From Octopus sinensis (taxonomy: Eukaryota): a stretch of DNA of 36,496 nucleotides. Of the stretch, positions 21,825-33,944 are shown in pieces; the first letter of the stretch is position 1; each line of letters opens with the position of its first letter. Made by a program: the position numbers and the translations under genes. The notes beneath the pieces were generated by a model. The model ran no database searches and was not told the DNA's origin. It saw only the letters and a list, made by a program, of their open reading frames with translations. The stretch is taken from contig NW_021829894.1 of the NCBI RefSeq assembly GCF_006345805.1, positions 1-36,496 of the forward strand. Reading direction: 5' to 3'.

Positions 21825-22078
21825 CACTACCACTACCACTACTACTATTGCTGCTGCTGTTGTTGTTGCTAAGCAACAAGACGGGTAAGGGTGATTAGGT
21901 GATCGTCTAGGGTTTCGGGTCGGGAGACCCCAGACATTGGAAAAATAAACTTTGGTCGTCTTGTTGCAGTCGAGGGCTCTTCGTTGACACCTGACACCAC
22001 TGGGAGGTGGCCCTCGAAGTCGCTGGAAATGGAGATCTCCAGGTCCAAATTCTTGAACGGCTGCTGCTGCTGCTATCA

Positions 22079-22210
22079 GGATGCATGGCCTAATGGTTAG
22101 GGTGTTACACTCACGATCGCGGGATCGTGGTTTCAGTCCCTGGAGTGGTGCATTGCGTTCTTGAGCAATACCCTTCATCTCAGTTTTTTCTGCGATCATT
22201 TCGAGACCTG
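22079..22210 (+). mobile_element. Third tRNA-derived SINE type, 5' part
   Basis: tggcctaatgg (A box), ggtttcagtccc (B box), then gttcttgagcaa core. Confidence 0.6.
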
Positions 22211-22405
22211 ACTAAAAGTAGAGAATTTTAGTATTTATCAAGTATTGAGATAAACGTCTACACATTCCTAAAAATCTTTGATACCTTTTGTTGTGTCCAT
22301 TGTGAAACAGAATGATGCTAGTGGTGGTGGTGGTGGGTTGGTGGTGGTGGTGGTGGTGGTGGAGAAACAAGCGTAAAGACACATACACACATCTATCTAT
22401 ATATC

Positions 22406-22774
22406 TGGGTGAATGTAGCAAAGATGGCACGTATGAATGACGAAGCCACCTTGACCATAATCCTAAGAACCCAGAAAAATTTAAAACAGAGAGTTACTTA
22501 CTTCCAAATAAATGTGTTAACATGTGACATTATTGATCGAGGTTACCGTGGTCTTTTGCGTAAGCTTTTCTTTCCACGGATAAACATTATCTGTTTCCCC
22601 CTTTACACTTTACATCATGACATTTCTGTGATACACGATCCCTATTGATCATTTTTTTTACGATCCCTTTTGATCGAAAACCTACCCTCGCCCCTTTATT
22701 TCTCCCCAAAAAGACAAGCTCTACTTTGTAATTTGTCCCCTCTGTGTTCAGCCCCATGTGGCTAATAAAGAAAC
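22406..22774 (+). mobile_element. Tx1-like LINE 3' end (last ORF2 codons + 3' UTR), flanked by (TATC)n
   Basis: WVNVAKMARMNDEATLTIIL matches ~13289-13347; UTR matches; atctatctatatatct precedes and tatctatc follows. Confidence 0.9.
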
Positions 22775-22974
22775 ATATCTATCTGTTTATCTATCTATCT
22801 AGATATGATGGTTGGACTGGTAAGGATGTTCTGATCCTATGACCGTTCACATAGGATCAGATGTTGGACTCTCCCGTCGAGGATGACCTCTCAGTGTTCA
22901 GCTTTTACCTAACGACCTGCACAAATAATTTGTTTCTAGTGATCAAATGTACGTGCTGTACATCAGCTCTACCT

Positions 22975-23338
<364 letters not shown>

Positions 23339-23426
23339 TACATATGCACATGAAGGGTTTCCACACAGTTTCCGTATACCAATTCACTGACAAGGCATTA
23401 GGTCAATTGCTGGCATTGGGTTATAG

Positions 23427-23627
23427 CAGTGCTTTTCAAACTTTTTGCTGGAGCGGAACCCCAAGGAAACATTCCACTGGCTCGAGGAACCCCTGTGCAA
23501 TAATTTAATAGTCTTATGCACACGTATCTGCACAGGAGAATTAAAAATTACTGCCGATCTTAGCAGTTTTGTAACTTCTTGCGGAACCCCTAGACTGTAC
23601 TGGCAGAACCCTGGTTGAAAACCACTG
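23427..23627. mobile_element. Non-autonomous hAT (Charlie-like) MITE, 201 bp, inserted in a minus-strand SINE
   Basis: TIRs CAGTGCTTTTCAA / TTGAAAACCACTG; perfect 8-bp TSD GGTTATAG (23419-23426, 23628-23635); SINE sequence resumes on both sides. Confidence 0.9.
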
Positions 23628-23824
23628 GGTTATAGTATAAGACAAGTGCTCAACGTGCCGTGCAGCAGATCAGAACTCAAAACCATGTGCTTTGGATGCA
23701 AACCATCCAATCGAACAGTCATGATCTTAATCATAGTCATGCTTGAGAATAATTTTTATAAAATGAAAAACATTTCATTCAATAATCTTTTCAGAAATCC
23801 AGTTCTCTTAAGCTTTTCAATTTG

Positions 23825-24841
23825 GGATACGCTTTAGCGCCACGATTTCCTTTGACTGTATCCCAGTAAGACATAAAAGTGGGCGTTCTAATGAGTTTAT
23901 ATTGAGAGTTAGCCTACTGGAAATACATTTCTTTATTGCCCACAGGGGTCTAAACATAGAGGGGACAAACAAAGAGATTAAGTCGATTACATCGACCCAG
24001 TGCGTAACTGGTACTTTATTTATCGACCCCGAAATGCTGAAAGGCAAATTCAACCTCGGCGGAATTTGAACTCAGAACGTAGCGGCAGACGAAATACCTA
24101 TTTCCTATTTCTTTACTACCGCAAGGGACTAAACACAGGCAAACAAGGAGAGACAAACGGAATAAGTCGATTACATCGACTTCAGTGTGTAACTGGTACT
24201 TAATTTATCGACTCCGAAAGGATGAAAGGCAAAGTCGAGCTCGGCAGAATTTGAACTCAGAACGAAATACCTATTTCTTTACTAACCACAAGGGGCTAAA
24301 CACAGAGAGGACAAACAAGGACAGACAAACGGATTAAGTCGATTATATCGACTCCAGTGCGTAACTGGTACTTATTTAATCGACCCCGAAAGGATGAAAG
24401 GCAAAGTCGACCTCGGCGGAATTTGAACACAGAACGTAACGGCAGACGAAATACCTATTTCTTTACTGCTCACAAGGGGCTACACACAGAGAGGACAAAT
24501 AAGGACAGACAAACGGATTAAGTTGATTATATCACCCCAGTGCGTAACTGGTACTTATTTTATCGACCCCGAAAGGATGAAAGGCAAAGTCGACCTCGGC
24601 GGAATTTGAACACAGAACGTAACGGCAGATGAAATACCTATTTCTTTACTGCTCACAAGGGGCTACACACAGAGAGGACAAATAAGGACAGACAAACGGA
24701 TTAAGTCGATTATATCAACCCCAGTGCGTAACTGGTACTTATTTTATCGACATCGAAAGGATGAAAGGCAAAGTCGAGTCGGCGGAATTTGAACTCAGAA
24801 CGTAGCGGCATTTCGCCCTGCGCGCTAACGTTTCTGCCAGC
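23825..24841 (-). mobile_element. Family 2 SINE tandem array (~5 units of ~165-183 bp)
   Basis: Reverse complement of the unit at 19401-19953; units near 23925, 24107, 24271, 24455 and 24638; head at ~24790-24841. Confidence 0.85.
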
Positions 24842-25177
24842 TCAAAAACCACGCAGTTACCGGCTTCTGTATCAAGCGAAATCGACCTCTCTAAATAGTA
24901 CTTATGGGTTGAAAGCCTCGGAGTAATATTCATTACTGTAAATCGAACAAACAAACAAACAAACTCCTAAATTTCACATGTTTTGACAGACATTCTCTAG
25001 AACAATACTCTGTGCAAATCCCAAAATATGGCACCCTAGTCATGACACAACTCAGACTTCTAACTTGTTGTCTATTGAGGTCTCTAGGTGAAATTTGGAG
25101 TCAACTTGTACAAATACCAAGCAAAAGTCAAATATAATAATCGAAAAATAAGGGGTGTTACCTTTGTTCACGGGTAG

Positions 25178-25257
25178 AGTTTGAACTCAGAACGTAAAGA
25201 TGGACGAAAAGCCGCTAAACATTTTGGCTGACGTGCTAACGATCCTGCCACCTAATC

Positions 25258-25343
<86 letters not shown>

Positions 25344-25556
25344 CCTTTCTACTCTCGGCACAAGTTCTGAAATTGTGAGGGAGGGGGCTAGTCGATAACA
25401 TCAACTCCAGTATTTCACTGATACTTATTTTATCGACTCCGAAGGGTCAAAGGCAAATTGGATCTCGGCGGAATTTGAACTCAGAACGTAAAGATGGACG
25501 AAAAGCCGCTAAACATTTTGGCTGACGTGCTAACGATTCTGCCATCTCACCCCCTG

Positions 25557-25635
<79 letters not shown>

Positions 25636-25665
25636 TTAATAATGATAATAATAATGATAATAATA
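25178..25665 (-). repeat. Local duplication of a family 2 SINE head plus (AAT)n
   Basis: ~25180-25262 and ~25474-25556 share the variant string gaaaagccgctaaacattttggctgacgtg; each is followed by (AAT)n. Confidence 0.8.
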
Positions 25666-26219
25666 AGTCCTCTAATGCAGTACCAGGCAGTGGCTCTCAT
25701 GGCTTCTGATCTTAACTGATTGGAAGTGTTATCATGTACATTGTTTTGTCTTGGTATAAAAGATGGGCTACAGCAAATATTCTGCCCATACCACAGATTT
25801 GCTGGTCAGTTATTTGACCATAACTAGTTAAGCATGTCCCTTAGCGGCTGGCGATATGTGCATCGCTGATCACGAGTAGAAGTAGTGGGGAGCATCATAG
25901 CCATGTGTTGAGAGGGATTATTTGGGGTTTGGATAATTCACCTCTGGAAACATGGGTGTTTCGCTCAACATCCTTAAACAACCCTTATTCAGGAACCTTT
26001 TGAGCGGGATGGGTTATTCGACCAGAAGAAAATTCTAACTGGGCCCCACCTGCAAGGTCAAGTGCTGTTTATCTTGATATGAGATCACCATGTTGTGCAC
26101 ATATGGTTGTGATGCATGTGTCTAGTGTACCCTTATCAGACGGGTTGTCATGATGGGTATACTGGGCTTCGTATATTTATCCCAGTGTCACTTTGATGGC
26201 ATGCACTGCTCTCTCACTC

Positions 26220-26220
<1 letters not shown>
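25666..26220. mobile_element. ~555-bp noncoding interspersed element embedded in (AAT)n
   Basis: Sharp (AAT)n borders on both sides, no long ORF, no tRNA head. Recognised as a common octopus repeat from memory only; a single copy is present here. Confidence 0.5.
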
Positions 26221-26259
<39 letters not shown>

Positions 26260-26278
26260 TGATAATAATAATAATAAC

Positions 26279-26312
<34 letters not shown>

Positions 26313-26864
26313 TGATGATGCTAAGATTCTCTCTGGTCGAACACAACTTCTCTATTCACAAACAATACAGAACAGCCCTTCCTTAATTTTTCTTAAGCCT
26401 AATAGTAGTAAACATCTGAATTTTTTTTGACCGATAGGACCCCACCTAAAAAAAAAAAATATCACTGATGGTGATGATGATAATAATGATAATAATAGTG
26501 CTGATAATCTATCTATCTATCTACACACACACACACACTCAAAGAGTTCAACCAACACAAACCTCACCTCGGCTCTATTGTTAACCAAATATGAAAGTAT
26601 TATTTGACAGGCAAGAACTCTGGCGTTGAAGACAGTCAGCCAACCAACCACCAAGCCAGCCAACGATACAGACAGACACTACTGTGATGGTGATAATGAT
26701 AAAAAAAACAAAAATAACAATAATAAGATACTGCTGTGACTACACATAAAACAATATCATTGATGATGATGGTGGTGATGGTGATGGTGATGATAATAAT
26801 GATGATGGTAATGGTGGTGATAATGATGATAGTGATAATAATGGTGATGATAATAACAATAATA

Positions 26865-29800
26865 AGCCGACTACGGCTGCTATAATGGTACGATTATAAT
26901 TGTAACGGCAATGATGGCCGTCTCCCCACGAGCCAATCAAAGCTATAAAATGATAACATTATCGTAGCACCAAAATGTTTTTGGAAACTAAAAGGAAAAC
27001 TAAATCAGTATACCAAATCGCTTGTCCTATGGTTAATCTGGAAGCGCGTCCCCCAGGGAAGAGCCAGCCTGGGATCGAAAAGTCATCAACTGGCACAAAC
27101 TCTTCTCCGAATACGGACATGGATGGTCACTTGAACGGGAAATCCCCCAACTCGAGCCCTCCAAGTTCACCACCACAACCACCACAGAAAGAAAATGTAA
27201 GCGGAACAAATGGACCCGAGAAGAGTATAAAGAAGTAATATACGCTTATTACTATGCATTAGGTAGGCCATCTCAAGAGAGACACACCGCAAACTCTCAC
27301 AGTATATGGAGAACACGGAATCAAGACAGTAGGCCCTATTTGGACGAGAACAAATTAGCAAATGTGAGGAGGGATATCCTTAGAAATAACAGACTCACAG
27401 ACAGTGAAATAAGCGCGATCAAGCACGCAACGGAAAATGACATAAATATAAGACACAAAGGAAATGAAGAATCAGGTGAACAGTATAGCCCGCCACGAGG
27501 CTTAATTGAAAGACTGCCATCAGACCAAAGTAGGCAAAGGCCTGAAGATACAAGAAATTCTATTGTACCTGTTAAAGATAGCCAGGAAAACGAAAAAACA
27601 ACAGTAACTGAAGATCTCGCATTTGCTGAAGAACACAGAGTTGTAAGACATACAAGTATGAATGATAGAGAACCACTTCATAAACTCTCAAATACAAACC
27701 AAAATAAAAAAACAATCCAAATTGGCAACTATGTAACAAATGAAATAATACGAGAATTAAAACCTGATTTTACTGAGTTAAATGAAATTATTTACGCTTC
27801 TGCTAGGGCAATTGAAACCAGCTGTATGCCCCCGAAAAAACAAAGAAAACAAAACCTGGGAAGAAATCAAACCTGGAGAAGTAAAATTGAAAAAGAGATT
27901 GAATTTATGAGAGGGGAAATATCAATATTAAATTAACTAATATGTGGAAATGATGTAAGATCCAGAACAAGAAGAAAGATGAAGAGAAAATTTGGATCCT
28001 CACCAAGAGAAGAACTGATATCAATAAAAGAAACGCTGAAACAAAAAGTCCAAGCAAAAGCCCAATAATACGAAGATTTGAGAAGAGAAACAAGTTTTAC
28101 AAGCAAATAAGCTGTTCACATCTAATGCCAAAAAATTCTACAGAGAAATAGGGAAGGAGAAAGTAACCGTTAAAGACCCCCCTCCCATGGAAGAAGTTCA
28201 AAACTTTTGGAAAAGGATTTGGAGTGACAAAAGAATAACTCCCAAAGAATAACGAAACCAACCTTCCAAAAAACTATCGGCCTATAACCTGTCTATCCAC
28301 CACGTATAAAATCCTAACATCTATCCTGGCGGAGAAAACATATGCATTCATGGAGAAGAACGATATTTTCCCCATTGAACAAAAAGGGTGCCGCCGAGGC
28401 TCTTACGGATGCAAAGATCAACTGCTAATCAATCGTATGATCCTTGAGAACTGTCACAACAAGCGTAGAAATCTCAGCACCGCATGGATTGACTATAAAA
28501 AGGCCTTCGACAGTATACCGCATCCATGGATCTTGAGATCGCAGGACATCTTCAAAATTTCCCCTGTGATTTCAAACTTCCTGAAGCACAATATGTCGTT
28601 GTGGAATACGAATCTCCAATTATACCACTCTAATGGAGTACTTGCCTCAGAAAATATAAACATCAACTGTGGAATTTTTCAAGGTGACTCACTTTCACCT
28701 TTAATATTCTGCATAGCCCTAATACCCATTACAAGTGAATTAAACAGAACAGGGTATGGGTATAAAATTGCCAATAAAAAAATAAGCCATCTATTTTATA
28801 TGGATGACTTAAAACTTTATGGTAAAGACAATAATGAACTTGAAGGCCTATTGCGCACGTGAAAGCATTCAGCGATGACATCGGGATGGAGTTTGGACTT
28901 GAGAAGTGTGCCAAGGCCACTTTCCAGAAAGGGAAAGTGAAGACCACAAATTCAGTCGTGTTAGATGTTGACACAGTCATAAGAGAGCTTGAGCAAGAAC
29001 AAACATACAAATATTTAGGGATAAATGAAGGCTCTGGTATTCAGCATGCAAGCATGAAAGAGAAAATCAGGAAGGAATGTTATAGGAGAGTTCGTGCAGT
29101 CCTGAAATCTGAACTAAATGCACGTAACAAGGTGTTAGCTATAAATTCCTTAGCAGTTCCAGTTGTTACTTATAGCTACAATGTGTTGAACTGGAATATG
29201 AGTGAAGTAAAGAATATAGATAGGAAAATACGCAAGCTGCTGAGTTGTAATAGGATGCACCACCCAAAGGCAGACGTAGATCGCCTTTACCTCCCCAGAG
29301 CCCAAGGAGGTCGAGGCCTGATCCAATTTGAACTAGCTTACAAAACAACCACAATTGGACTGGCCAAATATCTCGAAATATCGAATGACTGGATGCTAAA
29401 GCTCGTGGAAAATCACGAGAGACGAAAGAAGCTTCATTCTATCATAAAGGAAAGCAAAAAATTTGCTATTGATCTCGTGCAGGATTCCCAAACTGAACAA
29501 CCCGAGGGAAGTACGGCAACTATTGTTGCAAAGAAGGTAAAAATGATGGCAATGAAAAAAGCGCACGAGCAATTGGCTGATAGGTGGGAGGAGAAACCTC
29601 TGCACGGCAAATATGTGACCCACAGCAAACAAGCTGATGTTGACCAGAAGCAAACCCATCAGTGGCTACGGAGCTCAGGGCTAAAAGCAGAGAGTGAAGG
29701 TTTCATCCTGGCTGCTCAAGATCAAAGCCTATTAACCCGGAACTACCAGGCCAATGTGATGAAAAATGGAGCAGATCCAAAATGCCGATTCTGCAACGAC

Positions 29801-30522
29801 ATGATTGAAACAGTGGACCACCTAATCTCTGGATGTAAAGTCTTAGCACCAGTGGAGTATAAATTAAGACATGACAGAGTTGGCCAATATCTCCACTGGC
29901 TAATAAGTCGGCATTACAATATCAAAACTGCCGACAAGTGGTATAATCACCACCCTGAGGCTGTAACTGAAGGAGAAAATGTAACCATTCTGTGGGACTT
30001 TCCAGTACATACAGACCGAACCATCAAGGCCAATAAACCAGATATTGTTGTGAAAGACCAAAACAATAAAGTTTGCTTATTGATCGACATGAGCATCCCC
30101 TGTGATCATAATATCTCAGCGAAAGAGTTTGACAAGCTCAGAAAATATAAAGACCTACTCATTGAAATTGAGAAAATGTGGCATCTCAAGGCGGTTACAA
30201 TACCAGTGATCGTAGGAGCACTAGGAATGATCAAGAAGGGAACCGAAAATTATATGAGAATGATCCCTGGCTTACCATCCCTGCAAGAAGTGCAAAAGAA
30301 TGTCTTAACTGGTACATCACACGTATTGAGAAGAGCATTGTCGATGTGAGAACTGTTGCTGCTCATGTATTTTAATTTAACTTTAAAAAAAAAAAAAAAA
30401 AAAGAACGAACTACTGAGTTTGGTTAATGGCCTACCAATGTATACTATGAGTTTCTTTGCCCTAGGAGTCGGGAAGACACTCGGCAAGAAATGGAAGCAA
30501 ATTTGAAAGAAGAAAAAAAAAA
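26865..30522 (+). mobile_element. R4/Dong-clade non-LTR retrotransposon, family A (near full-length, degenerate)
   Basis: N-terminal KWTREEYKEVIYAYYYA...DENKLANVRRDI; RT: EQKGCRRGS, AWIDYKKAFDS, GIFQGDSLSP, YMDDLKLY, FGLEKC, YKYLG; CRFC...H...C knuckle; restriction-like endonuclease KPDIVV...LIDMSIP...KLRKYKDL; 3' UTR then (TAA)n. Has frameshifts, stops and an internal deletion near 28235. The 5' boundary is approximate. Confidence 0.9.
28350..30349 (+). pseudogene. RT + CCHC + RLE coding region of family A element (frameshift near 28860)
   Basis: Track ORFs 28350-28862 and 28859-30349 join by a single frameshift at LLRT/VKAF. Confidence 0.9.
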
Positions 30523-30540
30523 ATAATAATAATAATAATA

Positions 30541-30622
<82 letters not shown>

Positions 30623-30625
30623 AAG

Positions 30626-30657
<32 letters not shown>
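30523..30657. repeat. Stepwise compound microsatellite (AAT)n-(AAG)n-(AAC)n between the two Dong elements
   Basis: Directly visible. Confidence 0.95.
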
Positions 30658-33125
30658 CTGAAGAGGTCACCCAGGCACTGCAAAACTAAGCAACTGGAAG
30701 GCACCTGGGCATGACAAGATCCCCAAATTCTGGTTGAAATATCTAACAGGAATGCACGAAAAGCTGGCTGAAAATTTTAACAACATACTGGCAGAGCCAG
30801 AGACAATGCCTGAATGGCTCACGAAGGGGAAAACCATCTTAATTCCCAAATAGAATGAGACAGCAAAACCAGAAAACTACAGACCTATAACCTGTCTCCC
30901 TACAATGTGCAAAGCATTTACTGCAGTAATATCACAAAGATTGAACAAGCACCTGGACGAAAACAACCTGTTCCCAGAAGAGCAGAAAGGATGCCGCAAA
31001 GGCTCATATGGCTGTAAAGATCAACTAATGATCAATAAAGCCATAACTGAAGACAGCCACAGAAAGAAGAAAGGCCTCAGTATGGCCTGGATCGACTACA
31101 AAAAGGCGTTTGATAGCATCCCCCACACAGGGATTCTCGAAACACTAGCCATGAACAAAGCTGCACCAACAATTATAAAGTACATAGGACACTCTATGAA
31201 TAAATGGCAAACAGTGCTACAGCGCCAAACAAAAGAGGACTTGTGAAAACCAAAGCCATCCCCATTAGAAGAGGAATATTCCAGGGAGATACGCTCTCTC
31301 CACTCCTTTTCTGCTTGCCACTGTCACCTCTATCTGATATGCTAAACAGAACTGGATGCGGATATAAATGTTACGGCAAAAAGATCAGCCACCTTTTATG
31401 TATGGATGACCTAAAACTATACGCTACAAATGACAAACAGCTGGAAACACTACTAAAGACAGTTCATGGATTTACCAAAGAAATAGATATGAAATTTGGA
31501 TTAGAAAAATGCGCCAAAGTAACCCTGAAAAGAGGAAAACTAATTATGAGTAGCAACACCACACTAGATAAAACCAATGAAATAAAAGAATTAGACCAAA
31601 GCCAAACTTACAAATACTTAGGAATCCATGAACTAGATAAGACACAACACACACAAATGAAAGAGAAAATAAAAAAAAGAATATTATAGACGAGTTAGAT
31701 CAATACTGAAAACAGAGCTCAATGCTAAAAACAAGATAATAGGTATCAACACTTTAGCTGTCCCAGTTATAAGTTACAGCTACAATATCCTTAACTGGAC
31801 ACTAAATGAACTGACCAAAATAGATAGGAAAACAAGAAAAATAATGACAGGATCTAGGATGCATCACCCAAAATCTGACATAGAAAGGCTATATATACAA
31901 CGTATAGATGGTGGTAGAGGCCTTATACAGCTGGAAAACTACTATAAAATAAACACCATAGGACTGCAAAAATATCTACTTCAGAAGGAAGGAAAACTGA
32001 TACAAATAGCGGCAAAACACGAGCAAAACAAAAAACTGTTCTCAGTATTTAAGGAAGCTGACAAATACAAACAAGAAATCATACCACCGAATAAATATGA
32101 AGAAGAAGAAGAGAAGAAGAAGAAGAAGAAGAGAAGAAGAAGAAGAAGAAGAAGAAGAAGAAGAAGAAGAAGAAGAAGAAGAAGAAGAAGAAGAAGAAGA
32201 AGAAGATGTATAAACAACAAAAGCTATAAAACAAATGAAATCCAAACTAAAAATAGAACAGCAAGGAACCATGATAAAACGATGGCAAGAAAAGCCCCTT
32301 CATGGCAAATACCGGACTAAACTAAATGCAAAAGAAATAGATAAAGAAAATCCCAACAATGGTTGAGAAGCTCAGGACTCAAAGCAGAGACAGAAGGATT
32401 TTTAATTGAAGCACAAGACCAAAGCCTCCCCACCAGAAATTACCAAAAACATATAATGAAAAGAAATATAACAAGTAACTGCAGAATATGTGGAGATGGA
32501 CAAGAAACAATAAATCATATTATCTCTGGCTGCCCAGTCCTGGCTAAGAGGGAATATATTCAGAGTTGGGACCTATATACACTGGAAGCTATGCCAACAT
32601 TATGGAATAACAACAGAAAAAAGATGGTATAGGCACACAACATAAAAGTTCACAGAAAACGAGAAAGCAACCATACTCTGGGATATGCCAATACAGACAG
32701 ATAGAGAAATTAAGGCCAACAGACCAGATATAGTTGTCAGAGATCATGAAGAAAAAAAATGTTTTCTAATTAATGCATCAATACCAGCGGATGACAACGT
32801 GTCTCTAAAAGAAATGGAGAAACTCTCAAAATACAAAGACCTGGAAATAGAGGTAACTAGAATGTGGAATCTGAAAACAGAAACAATTCCTATCATAGTA
32901 GGTGCATTAGGCATGATAAAAAAATATTCAGACAAATACATAACAAAAACACCTGGACTTACAAACACATATAACATACAGAAAATTGCACTACTAGGCA
33001 CTGCACACATACTACGCAGAACACTTTCCATACAATAACCATCAGAGCATCACAACAAATCACAGCACATACCCAAGGCACACAGAGCTGCGCTCGGTAG
33101 TGAAGTGAAAGCACGATATAAAAAA
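30657..33125 (+). mobile_element. R4/Dong-clade non-LTR retrotransposon, family B (5'-truncated, degenerate)
   Basis: WKAPGHDKI..FWLK, NYRPITCL, EQKGCRKGS, AWIDYKKAFDS, GIFQGDTLSP, CMDDLKLY, CRIC...H...C, RPDIVV...KLSKYKDLEIE; stop at 33036-33038; 3' UTR differs from family A; followed by (TAA)n to ~33203; (AAG)n expansion at ~32100-32205. Confidence 0.9.
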
Positions 33126-33143
33126 TATATTACTGAATAATAC

Positions 33144-33194
<51 letters not shown>

Positions 33195-33204
<10 letters not shown>

Positions 33205-33375
33205 CCTTTCTACTAAAGGCACAAGGCCTGAAATTGTGAGATTGCATTGACCCCAATGTTACACTGGTACTTGATTTATCGACCCCGAAAGAATGAAATG
33301 CAAATTCGGCCTCGGCATAATCTGAAATCATAACGTAAAACCGAAAGAAATGCCGCTAAGCATTTTGTCCGACAC
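33195..33375 (-). mobile_element. Family 2 SINE remnant whose (ATT)n tail abuts the Dong B 3' end
   Basis: cctttctactaaaggcacaaggcctg...atcgaccccgaaagaatgaaa...gccgctaagcattttgtcc is the reverse complement of the SINE tail and body. Confidence 0.75.
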
Positions 33376-33400
33376 ACTAAAAATTTTGTTCTCGTTTCAG

Positions 33401-33602
33401 GTGAGATTCATGGGCGAAAGCATCACCACCGTCAGAAAAGAGTTATTGGTGGCGGCAGAATATTTCCTGGCGACTTTCCTTGGTTGGTGTCCTTATATTT
33501 CGAAGGGAATCATCCTTTCCAAGTAAAATCCGGTTTCAAACATCTTTGCGGTGGCACTTTAATCCATCCACAGTGGGTCTTATCTGCTGCACACTGTTTT
33601 AA
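33401..33602 (+). CDS. Exon of an S1A (trypsin/chymotrypsin-family) serine protease: propeptide, activation site, His57
   Basis: Acceptor ttttgttctcgtttcag|, donor |GTAAGT; 202 nt, phase 1 to 2; [66 protein letters not shown]. Confidence 0.95.
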
Positions 33603-33944
33603 GTAAGTTTCAATACATATATATTTATATATATATACATTTTAACTGAGAAATCCGAAATAAAATTTTATTTTGTACAAGTGACGCACCCTGATGGTAA
33701 GCTATCATAAGGAAGGCAATCCCTTCTAGATCACGTTTAGTGGAGAATATTACTCGTTTGAATTTTAAATCAAGGAGTAATGAAGAGGCACAGACCATAC
33801 ACATTTAATATTTCTCTTTCCTACATATTAAAAAGGTCTTAAAATTTCTAGCCATAGGCATCTATGTGTAGTACCATTTCATCCTTATTTGAAATCGTCC
33901 GCATGGCATAACCCTAAGCAAATAAATCACTTTTATGTGTATCT

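Noticed and set aside
21870-22060. 161-aa minus-strand ORF as a gene
   Set aside because: Mostly microsatellite; the KVYFSNVWGL piece looks like a decayed LINE endonuclease start, too short to call
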